This document shows positions 63,763 to 64,000 of a DNA stretch of 64,000 nt, one piece after another. The position numbers were made by a program, and so were the translations under genes. The first letter of the stretch is position 1; every line of letters starts with the position of its first letter. A model generated the notes under the pieces. That model searched no databases. It was not told the DNA's origin and worked only from the letters and a program-made list of their open reading frames with translations. The stretch covers positions 49,910,001-49,974,000 of the forward strand of contig JANJGN010000002.1 in assembly GCA_026770705.1 (NCBI GenBank). Reading direction: 5' to 3'. This DNA is from Isurus oxyrinchus. Its lineage: Eukaryota.

Positions 63763-64000
63763 AGGCTGGATTTTCAGCCTTGAGGGTAGTGTGGGAGTTG
63801 GGAAAATTCATGGCATGGCCCACCCACTTTGGAAGAAAGTACCAAGAAAGATTAGATTTTTATTGTGGGAGGGTGGGTACAGGCTGCAGTTGGGCTAACT
63901 GACCCTGAAAAGAGTTTGGAGGCAGCCACGGGCTGCTGGGTGCCAAGGTGGACTGTCTAAAAGGCGCACCTCGGTGTTGTGGGTCTTCATCCCAGTTATA
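63763..64000 (+). mobile_element. Start of another Harbinger-like non-autonomous element (cut by the window edge)
   Basis: TIR-like AGGCTGGATTTTC, as at 21339. Confidence 0.45.

Noticed and set aside
1-64000. CRISPR arrays, operons, rRNA or tRNA genes
   Set aside because: No regularly spaced repeat-spacer array or structural RNA gene was seen; the sequence is a vertebrate intron.

Overview
Eukaryotic, repeat-rich window that looks like a shark (elasmobranch) genome, judged from HE1/HER1-type repeats, shark-type Penelope tails and a shark-type H2B. It lies inside the usherin gene USH2A on the + strand. Only two coding exons are present (51756-51906 and 57467-57609). They match human exons 39 and 40 in sequence and length as I recall them, and together encode one FN3 domain. 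The rest is intron filled with decayed mobile DNA: two near-complete two-gene PIF/Harbinger transposons (DDE transposase plus intron-containing Myb/SANT gene, convergent), several Harbinger halves and relics, a ~700-bp Harbinger-type MITE built as a chain of hairpins (5 copies), CR1 and HER1 LINE fragments, HE1 SINEs, a Tx1 fragment, a gag-protease-only Gypsy element, solo LTRs, Penelope remnants with minimal hammerhead-ribozyme motifs, and an H2B retrocopy nested in a CR1 tail. There are no prokaryotic systems, CRISPR arrays, rRNA or tRNA genes. Family names come from recognising motifs by eye, not from database searches, and repeat boundaries are approximate unless a TSD or TIR is quoted.
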